The position numbers and the translations under genes are program-made. DNA of 64,000 nt from the NCBI RefSeq assembly GCF_009914755.1, contig NC_060928.1. One strand, given 5' to 3'. The DNA comes from the human T2T-CHM13v2.0 reference genome, Homo sapiens. This document shows positions 13,656 to 28,685 of the stretch, piece after piece. Position 1 is the first letter of the stretch; the number at the start of each line of letters is the position of its first letter. Under the pieces are notes generated by a model, which did no database searches, was not told the origin of the DNA, and was given only the letters and a program-made list of their open reading frames with translations.

Positions 13656-14880
13656 TCTTCAGTCGCTAAGCCAAGCAGATCTGGGAAGGAGTCAGTCAGA
13701 GAGCCTTGGGCTAGAGCTTTAGGGGCTCTAGGAGAGGCTGCTGGGCAAGCTGGGCAGTCTGATTTCCAGTGGGTCCCTGCACAGATGGGACATGGCTTGG
13801 GAGGGATCCTGGGCTGCAGGCATTCCTTGGCCCAGTGGCCAGATTTCTGGCACTTGAAGCAGGATCCTGATGGAGGAAGTCTTGTAGGAATGCTTGACTG
13901 CTGCAGCTTAGGCATTTTGAAGTTCTTGTATGCAGGAGGTGTGGCTGGGTTTTGTCTCACAGCAGAGGCAAGTAATTGTAACTCAGAAATGCGTTGCCGT
14001 CTGGCTGCTTTCTATTATTGTACACCTTGAAGGCGAGGTTGATTAATTCCTGTTGTGGGGTTTGAGGGCCAGAATTTAATTTTTGGAGTTTTAATGTCGG
14101 GAGCAGATTGGGTAATAAAATGTATTTTGAGAATAAGACGGCCTTTTGACCTTTTAGGGTCTAGGGCTGTAAAGTGTCTCAGGGTTGCTGCCAAACGAGC
14201 CATGAACTGGGCTGGGTTTTTATATTTGATGAAAAAGAGCCTAAACGCTATCTGATTTGGGATAAAGAAAAAGGAGCATTAACCTTGACTATGCCTTTAG
14301 CTCCAGCCACCTTTTTAAGAATAAATTGCTGGGCAGGTGGGGGAGGGCTAAGTCACGGAAGGAAACTGTAAGCCGGAGCAGGTGTGAGGAGGGGAGGCGA
14401 TAAAAAGATTATAGGGTGGAGGAGTGGAGGCTGAGGAAGAATTGGGACCTAGCTCTCGGCCTGGCGAGGAGGGGAGAGGTCAGATGGGTCTGTAGAAAAG
14501 GAAGATTAGAAAGACTCAGCGACGCTTGGGGTTGGTACTGAGGGGACAGGCGGGAGGGAAAGAAGGAAGATTTGGGATGAGTTGCACTGGGCACAGAGAC
14601 TAGGAAGGGACTGATGTGTAAAAGAATGCCTGGACGTCAGGCACCTCAGACCATTTGCCCATTTTACGACAAGAATTATTTAGATCTTGTAGGATGGAAA
14701 AATTGAAAGTGCCGTTTTCTGGCTATTTGGAACTACTGTTGAGTTTGTATTGGGGTCAAGCGGCATTGCAGAAGAAAAACGCTTAGATTTTAGGTCAGGT
14801 GAGAATTGAAGAGGTTTTAAGTTCTTAAGAATACAGGCTAAGGGAGAAGAAAGAGGAATGGAAGGTGGAAGCTTGCCCAT
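13652..14880 (-). pseudogene. gag: HERV-H gag remnants (frameshifted)
   Basis: MGKLPPSIPLSSPLACILKNL matrix-like start; zinc knuckles CFKCQKSGHWAKEC and CPICAGTHWKSDC. Confidence 0.85.
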
Positions 14881-15050
14881 AGTGAAGGAGGCAAGCCCAG
14901 AGAAAAGAGTAGAGACACGGAGAAGGGGTGGGGGTTTCTTCCCCTCCAGAAAAGCAGAGAAAGGGTTGGGGCACGGAAATAAGGGATTGGGGCACAGAGA
15001 TAAGAGATTGGGGCGTGGAAATAAGCGATTGGGGGGTTCTTGCCCCCTAG

Positions 15051-15333
15051 GAAAAGCGGGACTTGCTGCTAAGGGTGAAGGAGAAGGGGTTGAGGGGTAC
15101 TTGCCCCTGCCCCAGGAAAGCGGGACTTGCCACTGAGGGTGAAGGAGAAGGGGTTGAGGGGTACTTGCTCCTGCCCCAGGAAAGCGGGACTTGCCACTGA
15201 GGGTGAAGGAGAAGGGGTTGAGGATTACTTGCCCCTGCCCCAGGAAAGCAGAGAAGGGGTAGAGACAAGGAGAGAAGGGGTTGGGGTACTTGCCCCTTCC
15301 CCAGAAAAGCGGGACTTGCCGCTAAGGGTGAAG
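15051..15333. repeat. G-rich ~64-bp tandem repeat in HERV-H leader (3 copies plus partial)
   Basis: gaaagcgggacttgccactgagggtgaaggagaaggggttgaggggtacttgcccctgccccag at ~15051, 15116, 15180. Confidence 0.85.
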
Positions 15334-15619
15334 GACCAAGGCAGGCGTCCCTGCGTGGTCTGACACCCTTGAAACGTGGGTGTATAATCAGAGAGGCATC
15401 CCTGCAATAATTAAACACCAAGGGAAGGCTGCCTTCCCAGTCTGTGACTGGCGCCGGAGTTTTGGGTTCACGGATAAAACATGTCTCTTTTGTCTCTACC
15501 AGAAAATGAGAGGAATTGAAATTAGGAGAAGGGAGAGATTGAAGTGTGGCACCAAGATTGAAAGGAGAAAGAGGTTGAGGGATAGTGAGGGAGGTTGGAG
15601 AAGAGAGTAAAAAGAGGCC

Positions 15620-15628
15620 GCTTACCGG
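15620..15628 (-). other. HERV-H major splice donor
   Basis: Minus strand CCG|GTAAGC, exon ends at 15626. Confidence 0.75.
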
Positions 15629-15751
15629 ATTTGAAATTGGTGAGAGGTTTCTTGGGCTGGTCGTTCTGAGGACTGGAGGTCGTAGGTGGATCTTTCTCAT
15701 GGAGCAAAGAGCAGGAGGACAGGGGATTGATCTCCTAAGGGAGGTCCCCCG

Positions 15752-15769
15752 ATCCGAGTCACAGCAACA
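15752..15769 (-). other. Primer binding site for tRNA-His (2 mismatches)
   Basis: TGTTGCTGTGACTCGGAT versus canonical TGGTGCCGTGACTCGGAT, adjacent to the 5' LTR. Confidence 0.85.
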
Positions 15770-15771
15770 AA

Positions 15772-16212
15772 TTTCATGCGCATCCGTGTGAAGAGACCAC
15801 CAAACAGGATTTGTGTGAGCAACATGGCTGTTTATTTCACCTGGGTGCAGGTGGGCTGAGTCCGAAAAGAGAGTCAGCGAAGGGAGATAGGGGTGGGGCC
15901 ATTTTATAGGATTTGGGAAGGTAAAGGAAAATTACAGTCAAAGGGGGTTGTTCTCTGGTGGGCAGGGGTGGATCTCACAAAGTACATTCTCAAGAGTGGG
16001 GAGAATTACAAAGAACCTTCTTAAGGGTGGGGGAGATTACAAAGTACATTGATCAGTTAGGGTTGGGCAGGAACAAATCACAATGGTGGAATGTCATCAG
16101 TTAAGGCTGTTTTTACTTCTTTTGTGGATCTTCAGTTACTTCAGGCCATTTGGATGTATACGTGCAAGTCACAGGGGATGCGATGGCCTGGCCTGGGCTC
16201 AGAGGCCTGACA
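15772..16212 (-). promoter_or_regulatory. HERV-H 5' LTR (LTR7) promoter
   Basis: 441 bp; TATAAAA box (~15902-15908, minus); 5 differences from the 3' LTR counted by eye. Confidence 0.93.
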
Positions 16213-17811
16213 ATAACTACTCTGTCCAAGGTGTTCCAAGAATTGCTTACAATCTAACTGTGTTTTGTCTTCATTTCCTTGATGACTCTTTTGTGCAATT
16301 GCTTCTGGGTGTCCCTTTCTGTATTCTTAGGGAGAAAAGGCAAAAGTTTCTGGCACCTTAATAGGAACTGTTTTGTCAGCTGCTCATAACTAGAGAAGCT
16401 GAATCAAGTGGTCTTTTAGTCTTTCTGAATATTTCAAGCATCTAGAAACCAAGGTCTTATTCATTTTTGCATTTTAAATGTTGTTTGAATTACAACCAGA
16501 GGCCTTATTTACCAATATCCAGTAAAAGTCATATTTTAAGAGATATGTACATAATATGGCTGACTTGCTTTCTAGCTGACTCTCATGAAAAAGCCATATA
16601 CTTACATATATGAAAGCAGATATATGCATATCTCTGGCTGATGCCAAATGAAATATCTTATCCACCTGCATGACACATAGTTTAATTTGGTACATCAAAA
16701 CTGGTTGGGTCTTGCCTTCCAGAAAAGGAGCTGGCATAGACACAAGGGTGGCATGAGTCAGAAAAAGATGAAAAATACTTATCAGTTTCTTCTTGGACCT
16801 TCGTGTGCTTTTGCACTTCATGCACAAAATATATTATGTCCTTGGAAATAGCCCTTTATACCTCCTCTCCTCCTACCATCGTGTCAGTCTAATATATCAT
16901 AGAGTAAGCCAGATATAAGCCTCCTTTTGGACTGAGCTGGCTGGTAAATTAACTTATGCTAAACGGCTGTCTGCCCATGACTGTCAACTCTATCATCCTT
17001 GTCTGTCTCCTTTTCCCTTTCCCAGACATTTCATTTCACTATGGATGACATTTCATTTTATTCTCAGTGCATTTCATCTCCTTGCAATGTATGAAAATTT
17101 TCAGTGAACAGAATACTCCACTGACCCTTCTGAAACTGACAAGGATATTTGTGTGCCCCAAACTAGTTCAGTAATACAACACTGCCTGGCTTCCTTTTCA
17201 GTTTACACTGGAGAAGCTGAGTTCATAAAAGAGAGCATTTGTCTCACCTGCACTTGAATCCCAAAACTGAACTTAAACATTATAGACACACGCTATGTCT
17301 ATAATTTTTGACATTATAGACATGAAGGTCCTTAATGGGCTAGTGGGCAAAAGCCATCTAGGAATCAGAAATCAACAGATATTTTCCGAGCACTTGTAGT
17401 GTGACCTTGGATGCTAGTTTCAAGATCACCTTAATGATAGTAGTGGCATTATGGCAGCGGCTGGGGAGGCACGGCCTAGGCTACGCACTCCACAGAGCCA
17501 GCGGGAGCTGGGAACAGGTAGGAGCCTCACCCCCTTCCGAGTTAGAGGGGCAGGAGCCCCAACCTCCCGGGCGCACTGCAGCTGCCCAGCCACAGCTGCA
17601 GACCCGGGCATCCCTTCACTCTCGGAGACCCAGGAAGCCCACCTCCCCTCGCAGGATCGGAAGTGTCTGCTCCAACTGCCAGGCCTCTCCCTGCTCCCAG
17701 TGCCCGCTCTGATTTTGGAGCAAAGTTGAGGCTAAACCCAGGCACTGTTGTGACCCAGCTGGGTGTGCACGCACTCAGGGCAGTGCTGACTCACCAGCCC
17801 TTGCCACCTCA

Positions 17812-20027
<2,216 letters not shown>

Positions 20028-20450
20028 ATAATGAGAACACATGGACACAGGAAGGGGAACATCACACTCTGGGGACTGTTGTGAGTGGGGGGAGGGAGGA
20101 GGGATAGCATTGGGAGATATACCTAATGCTAGATGACGAGTTAGTGGGTGCAGTGCACCAGCATGGTATGTGTATACATATGTAACTAATCTGCACATTG
20201 TGCACATGTACCCTAAAACTTAAAGTATAATAATAAAAAAAAAAAGAAAGCGGTGGGTCCTCGGTGAAACCCCCCTTAGGCCAGAAACGGCCTGAAGCCT
20301 GGGGGCTGAGCTGCCAGTTCCGCCGGGAGTGAGAACTTATGGTGCTTTTTCCAGGTCCGCCCATTGCTGCCCATGGACCAGTCAGCACACACTTCCTCCC
20401 CTCTGAAGCCCACCCCCAACCCCCAAGCCAGACCCTGGCAGACTAGGGGA

Positions 20451-21180
20451 CGACCTGCCTGCGGATGGAGCCATCCACTCTGGGCCTCCTCTTCACTGAG
20501 GGCTGCAGAGACAAGGAGACAACCTGCCTGCAGATAGGAGCTACTCACTCTGGGGCCTCTCACTCTGTCTCCTCTTTGCTGAGGGCTGCAGAGAGGGTGG
20601 GATGACCTGCCTGCAGATAACAGCCACTCACTCCAGGTCTGTCTGGATGACCTGTCTGTGGATAGGAGCCACCCACTTGGGTCTCCTCTCCCCTGAGGGC
20701 TGCACAGATGTTGGGATGACCTGCCTGTGGGTAAAAGCCACCCACTCAGGGTCTCCTCCCTGCTAAGTGCTGCACAGATGTTGGGATTACCTGCCTGTGG
20801 ATAAGAGCCACCCACTCAGGGTCTCCTCTCCCCTGAGGGCTGCACAGATGTTGGGATGACCTGCCTGTGGGTAAAAGCCACCCACTCAGGGTCTCCTCTC
20901 TGCTAAGTGCTGCACAGATGTTGGGATTACCTGCCTGTGGATAAGAGCCACCCACTCAGGTTCTCCTCTCCACTGAGGGCTACACAGATGTTGGGATGAC
21001 CTGCCTGTGATAAGAGCCATCCACTCTGGGTCTCCTGTCTGCTGAGGGCTGCACAGATGTTGGGGTGACCTGCCTGTGGATAGGAGCTACCCACTCCAGG
21101 TCTCTTCTCCACTGAGAGCTGGACACTCATTGGGACAACCTTCCTGTGGAAAGGAGCTACCCACTTTGAGTCTCCTGAGA
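20451..21180. repeat. 70-bp minisatellite inside the MER52-like LTR (~10 units)
   Basis: t(g/a)cacagatgttggg recurs at 20701, 20771, 20841, 20911, 20981, 21050; more diverged units flank these. Confidence 0.92.
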
Positions 21181-22936
21181 ACTGTTCTATCACTCAATGA
21201 AGCTCCTCTCCACTTTGCTCACCCTCCAGGTGTCTGCCTACCTCATTCTTCTTGGATGTGGGACAAGAACTCAGGACCTGCTGAATGGCTGGTCTAAAAG
21301 AAATGTAACACAAACAGGGCTGAAACATGCATCCCCTGCTTGCCACATTGCGGGGAATGAGAAGGAGGGAAGAGCTGTGGTCCCTTGTGAAGCCCAGACC
21401 TAGGGGCTCCCTGAGCCAGGGCTGTGACACCCTCTTTGGGGTTTTGCAGTTCCTGGTGTCTTCAAGCTTCAGGGTGCCATCACATTCCCCTTGTCCAGAA
21501 GCGGGTGCCTGCAGTGGAAGCCAGGCACCTTAGAGACTTTAGAAGAAGGCAGAGCAACCAGTGCTCAAGGCCCATCCACTCCCATCCCAACCCCAATCTC
21601 AGCTAGAGCAGCTCTTCTTTTCCACTGAGCATTTGCTAGAAGGCATTGGGAGGGGTGGGGAAAGCAGCCTCAACAATAATAATGCATGCATGTACTCTGT
21701 AAATACTATCTGGGGATGATGGTGATATTATTGGGAATTCTAACCTATATATGAGAAAGGGAAACAACAGCTTCCTAATTTCCAAATGCATTATGTTTCA
21801 TTGGGGAGAATGGTTCTATCAGGTGGATCAGGCAGAAGTAACATTATATCCTGTGAGAGAAAGATCTGAAACTTTTAATTGATTTATATTTAAACCCCAA
21901 CCCTCCAACTGGTGAGCTGTGTGAACCTCAGTTTTGTCATTTGTAGTAATGGAACTCATGAACCTCCTTTATGGGATTATTGTGAAGAACCACTTTGTTT
22001 TTTGTTTTACAGCTGGAATCTCAATGCCTTGAATAGTACCAGGTGGTGGTAGGTGCTCGATAAATATTTGTTGAATTAATAAATGAAATGACGGTCATGA
22101 AACTGTCAAACCCAGCATCTGGCTCATCGAAGATGCTTCATTTTCTTCCTGTGCAGATGACTCAATTGGATGGAGTCAGAGATGTTTTCAGGGAGGGTGT
22201 AGAGTAAAATAGTAATAATAGCTAACACTCTATGTACCAGATACTGTTCTATAGGCTTTCCACATATTAATTTCTTTAATCCTCAATTCCTAGATCTTCA
22301 CCAACCTGAGAAAATTTCCTAATCTTTGCCCTTGGGAAAGTTAGTTAACCTATCTCTGCTTCATTTTGCACATTTAAAAATGGAAATAACAGTACTCACT
22401 ACTGACCTCATAGATTTGTTATGAGAATGAAATTGGTTAATCCATATATAATTCTTAGAACAATTCCTCATACAGACTAAGCACTCAATACGTTTTTAAC
22501 TCTGATTAGGTTGTGAAATCTCTATTACTCTGTATTTTACTAATGATGTTCTTCTGAGTTCAATAAGTAAATGCTTTAAGAATTCTGAGATGAGAGAGGT
22601 CAATGTAGGCAGTAGGAGCACTTACTAGAGAACTTACTAGGATTTAAGCTGGGCCTTCACAAAATGTGGGTGGGCAAAGAGGAGTGGGAAGGACATTCTA
22701 GGAGGAGAAATATATGTAGCTAGGGGTAGTGTTAGAGTCATCCTCTAAAGTGCTTGACTTCTGGTTTGCTATTTAATAGTTTTCCCATCTGTAAAATCAA
22801 GAAAATATCTGCCCTATGGGTTACTTTTATTAGGATGTTATATGAACTAATGAACATAAAATGCTTAGTACAGTGCTGGGCACATTGTAAGCATATAGGT
22901 AGTTGGTACTACTGTTTACCATTAAGGGCAGACATA

Positions 22937-23200
22937 GGCCAGGTCCAGCGGTTCACATCTGTAATCCTGGCACTTTGGGCAGCTAAGGCAGGTGGATTGC
23001 TTGAGCCCAGGAGTTCGAGACCAGCCTGGGCGACATGATGAGAACCTGTCAAAAATTAGCTGGGCATGGTGGCACACACCTGTAGCCCCAGCTACTTGAG
23101 AAGCTAAGGTGGGAGGATGGCTTGAGCCCAGGAGGCAGAGGTTGCAGAGCCAGACCCTGTCTCAAAAAAAAAAAAAAAAAAAGAAAGAAAGAAAGAAAAA
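22937..23200 (+). mobile_element. Alu (AluJ-like) with internal deletions
   Basis: Alu body lacking part of the linker and part of the right arm; A/(GAAA)n tail. Confidence 0.85.
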
Positions 23201-23725
23201 GGAAAAAAAGGGGGTAGACATAGAAGTTTATGAGACAATGCGAAAAATAGCCAATTCCATTCAAGAACTGAGCTAGTCGTGGTTCCCCAGAATGTATCAT
23301 TAACTTTGTGATTTTTCACTTTTATATAAGACCTTATTAATAACATATATCTGGTTTAAGTGGAGTCTTAAGTTTTAATGGTTTGGATTTGGGGTATGGA
23401 GTGGGAATTGGTTTTAAGTATATGACTTAGAATAACTTTCATACTTTTATACTTGTATTTAAGTTGGTTAAAGTTACTTTGCAACTGAATTACTGAAAAG
23501 TAAACCAAATAGTAAATTTAGTGGAGAGGTGATTTGCTCTTTCTTCAAACTCTTTCATGCAGACAGAGGTTTGTTCCTTTTAACTTGCTGCCAGGGCAAG
23601 GAACAAGAAGTAACATGAGACACATGACTTTCCAGCCACTCCTTAAAATGCTTAATATAAACTTCTAGCTCCCAAAATACTTTTCTTGACCTCAGTGTTC
23701 TTTTAGACTGGTATTTCCTACTTGA

Positions 23726-24065
<340 letters not shown>

Positions 24066-25309
24066 AACCCCCATATCTTAAAGGAGCGTGAGTTCAGGCC
24101 TAACTTTTCCTTTCATATCTATTGTGGGAATTATTTTAATCATTTAAAAAAGTTTCTTTGTGAAGATTACATGCACACTTGGAATGAAATGGCATTTTCT
24201 CGTTGGAACTTCATGCAATCAAGGGTGGAGTTTGCAGATTTATCTACAACACATGCAAGCTCTAGGTGAATTAATAGACTCATCTTCTACAATCTATATT
24301 TGGAAATATTGTAAATGTACACTTTCTTCTTTATATATGACATGAAAGATCAAATTAAAGACCTTTACAAATTTTTCCCAAGTGCCTTGTTCATTTCTGC
24401 CTCAGGTCCTTTGCCCAGTTTTCCTTACCTGGATTTATTTCCCTGCACTTTACCTGTTCAGGCTTGAGACTCTCTGCATGAAGCCGTCCCGACTACATAG
24501 CTCATACCAAGCTCTTCTCTGCACTTTTGGAATTATTTTATCTCACTGATTTGAAACTTAGCTTTATCATTCAGTGCATTTATTCTGTCTTCCCAAATTA
24601 AAGGGTAAAATCCAAGGTAGAGAACAGGTCTTTAGTTCCTGTGTATCCCAGCTCACTACCTAACACAATGCATTGGCAGAGAAGGCCCTCAAAATAACAT
24701 TTTTATGTTTATGTGACAGTCTTCTTCTCAGTTCTGAAATAGCTTCGCTAATAATGATTGCATGATTGAATAATTTTCTTTGCTCTGAAAACAGAAAACA
24801 TGTCATTCTTGTATTTCTGATACTTCACTAGTTGATAATATCAGAGAGTGTCGCAATGAGCAAGTCATTATGGAGATTCTGCCTGGTACTAATTCCAGAC
24901 TCTATGTTCAACTTCTAGAGAGCACAAGTCCACAGATAGTTCTATTTATTAATTGGATTTGGCAAGGAGAGTTAATTCCTTGCAAAAATAGACAAGCAAA
25001 CTATTAAAAATAACATTCAAAGGAGAAGGCTAAAAATAATATACAAAAAAGCGAAATTGCTTAATTCAAGTAAAAGTGTAGAAAAAGAATTCTATTAAAA
25101 TTCATTTAAGTATTTAGTGATAACGTTGAAGTGTTTAAAAAAGAGGCCAAATGTGGAATGTTAGCTCAATCTCCTCAGCAACTGTTTTTTTTTCTTTCAT
25201 TTTTAAGATTTTGTTCAGCTTTTAATAATGAAGACTTTATAAGTAGTGAAAAGACGAAGCAAGATTTCTTAACAGTGAATCTTCTGAAATGTTAAATAAA
25301 TTTTATATA

Positions 25310-25664
25310 CAGTTGGCCCTTCATATTCATGAGTTCCACATCTGTGGATTTAACCAAACTCAGATCAAAAATATTCCGGGAAAAAATAACAACAAAAAAA
25401 AATGGATGGTTGCATCTGTACTGAACACGTACAGACTTTTTTCCTTGTCATTATTCCCTTGACAATATAGATAACAACTATTCACATAGCATTTATATTG
25501 TACTAGGTATTATAAGTAACTTGAGATGATTTAAAGTACATAGAAGGATGTGTGTAGCTTATATGGAAATACTAAACCATTTTATATAAAAGGTTTGAGC
25601 ACTCATAGATTTTGGTAACCAAGGCGTTCCTGGCCAATTCCCCGTGGATACCAAGAGATGACTG
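25310..25664. mobile_element. MER2-like Tigger MITE
   Basis: ta|cagttggcccttcatatt ... ggataccaagagatgactg terminal inverted repeats. Confidence 0.75.
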
Positions 25665-25727
25665 CACATGTCCCTTTTCTGGAGAAAATCCAAAGCTTTA
25701 TTTGTATTCCCAAAGGGGAGCTTGTAA

Positions 25728-26171
<444 letters not shown>

Positions 26172-28199
26172 TGAAGCAAACAAAAACCCTCTACCTTTAT
26201 CGGTCTCAAAGTTAAAAAGAAAAACAAAACACAGGTAGCATTCAAAGGCTTAACTTATATAATAATCCCTTGGACCTAGGGAACTTGACAAGGATTTCTA
26301 GAGTTGCTCTTGAGAGCTTTGAACATCTGGAGTCCTCATAGGAGTGGGGCTGCTAAGTCATTAAAAAGTGTTAGCTTTTTAGTTTGCCTGATTAAAAATA
26401 TAGTATCATCTCCCTTTGGTCCCACAAAACCCACTAGAAGCACTTAACTGACTCCCACATAGTTAAACCATTCTCTGGGCAGTTAATTAGGAACTATGCC
26501 TTTCCCAGACTCCAAGAAGTTTTCAAACTGCTCAGCATAGTGTGTCTATTACACACATTATTAAAAGAAGAAAGGTTGCCTGTGCTTCTGGTAAAAACTC
26601 CTGCAGAAAATAAAAATCAAAACTATCTTGTAACCAGGAGGATTATGTGGAATAAAGTCAGTTTTCAAGAAGTCTGGCTTTTTATTTATTAAACAGAGTG
26701 GGAATGGAGCAGGGTGAGAAGAAACACCAGCTTTCAGTGAAAGTCATTTTAAAGACGCTTGTTCCTGTTTAATGTGCTCATCATAATGCAGTGAATGACA
26801 CTCCAGCGGAGAACATCGGTCACTCCAGTGATAACAGAATTTGGAAAGGATGGTGAACAGTTCTAAAAATATTTTTTAAATCTTTTATGCTAAGGATAGC
26901 TGCAGAATATAATTAAAATACCAAAGAAAATACCCCAAATTAAAAATTTGAGAAAGAAACTTATCTTCTGTGCTTCACATATCCTAAAATTAAACTTTTT
27001 ACTCTTCCTTCTTGACACCTGAGCCCCAACCTGTCCTACAGAACACATCTTGTTACTATACTGAATGAGAATAAAAAAGAATGGGATATTGTTTATTAAT
27101 CACTTATTCTCTCAATAAATATTTGTTTTGCCTTTTGTAATTTTTTTTTCTTTGAGTGTTTTCAAATCTTCCTTTTGAGGTTCAAACCTTAAAATACAGT
27201 TTTCAGGTGGATTATTTACTTCTTTTCCAATTACTCTCCAAGTAGGATGTTAATTACCAATGAGGCCATTTGAGATCACTGACCTAACATAATTCAAGCT
27301 GCCCCATGAAAAACTATACCTCAACACAGAATTAGGAGAGCCCTGGTTATCATTCAGTGTGTGCTTTATTATTACATACTATATTTATATATATTTGTAA
27401 AGAAGTGGCAGAAAGGGAATCAGGAATATTAACAATAATATTAAAATCCCTATTATTGTTTTTGTAAGGATGTCTTTTATAGCATGACCTATGTATTTGT
27501 TCCACATATGCTCATTCTTACCAGCTTATAATTTATGGATGTTTGGTGCGGGGCAGTTACAGGGATCTCAAATGGGCTCAGTTCAGGTTCTATTTCAAGG
27601 GTAGGTATGGGAAGATTTCCCTTCCTCACCCTTACAATCTCATGAGGTCTCCAGGCCCTACTGCCCTTCTCTGGGGAGTTCAAAGAGAGGTTGCCCACAT
27701 AGAGAAGTGGACAAAATAGGCCAAAGTCTAAGGCTAAGACTGGAATCATTTCTGCAAGGTGGTCACCAGGAAAAGTACTGGCTGCTGTCAAAGGAAGTCC
27801 TCTCTAGAGATGCTGAGAGGAGGAAGAGGCATTAATGCAAGCCCATAGGTCCAGGCAATGGACATTGCTCATTCCAGTGAGGGCTGGACCATCTGCAGAG
27901 CCAACTCAGCTCCCACAGCTCCTTGAACTTCAAATAATGTCCCTCCCAGTGACCTTGGCTCTAATAGTCCTCATTATTGGGAGGCTCCATTGATCTTCCT
28001 GCTCTCAGTCCCCCCATCCACTTTCTTTCCATGCCTGGAGGGAATCCTTTTTAATGTTGAGAGGCAAATCCTCTTTCCTCAAACTCTACTTTCTTGCTAA
28101 CACTTGGCTATGCTCCACGTCCCACTATTCTGCTTATGATCCAGGCTTTCAAAAACAAAGATGGGAAGACTTCTCCCTCACCTCCTACATTTTTTTTTT

Positions 28200-28685
28200 C
28201 CTGTAAATAAGATAGCTACTACTTTCCCAGCCCTAATTACAGGTCAGTCCCTGCAAGGCCTGCCCTCTACCTCACCACACTTTTCCTTACTCTAGAGGCT
28301 TTCAGTTCCTGAACTGATACAGCCTCTCTCTCCCCCAGAGCCTTTGTCCAGAATGGTCTTCTCCTTCCTCTAGTTGCTCATGTCTACTTAACTCCTATTT
28401 ATTATTCAAATCTCAGGTCTCAGCTCCTGATACTTCAGTGAATCTTTCCCTGACCTTGAGTCTAGGTCAAATTCCCATATTATGCAATTTTATAAAAGTA
28501 GGTACCACTCCTTGAGAGCATTTATAGCAATTGCAATATTATATTTGTTAGTGTCTTTATTGGGTAGTGTCTGCTTCCCACACTACACTGCCAGTTCCTT
28601 GAGGGCAGGGATTTTTTAATCACTCTCATCATTAAATCCTCAGTGCCTAACAAGAGGAGCATGACAGGCTCTTGCTGAATAAAGT
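28200..28685 (+). mobile_element. L2 3' fragment
   Basis: ttccttgagggcagggat...cctcagtgcctaaca...tgaataaa L2 3'-end pattern. Confidence 0.55.

Larger units (their letters stand above)
15047..15700 (-). other. HERV-H leader ORF (217 aa) resembling the predicted ESRG/HESRG peptide; coding status unknown
   Basis: RKIHLRP..SPISNPVSGLFLL..ETKETCFIREPKTPAPVTDWEGSLPLVFN matches my recollection of the ESRG predicted protein. Confidence 0.55.
10418..16212 (-). mobile_element. HERV-H provirus (LTR7-internal-LTR7), ~5.8-kb env/pol-deleted type
   Basis: Two 441-bp LTRs; 5-bp TSD ATAAC at 10413-10417 and 16213-16217; tRNA-His PBS; polypurine tract; gag/pro/pol remnants. Confidence 0.97.

Noticed and set aside
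10418-16212. Replication-competent retrovirus
   Set aside because: gag frameshifted, protease DTG changed to DTR, RT truncated, env mostly missing, PBS mutated
20451-21180. CRISPR-like regular array
   Set aside because: Whole units repeat with no unique spacers, no cas genes, primate LTR context
20276-21193. Repetitive ORFs (MGGSYPQAG...)
   Set aside because: Translations of the 70-bp minisatellite
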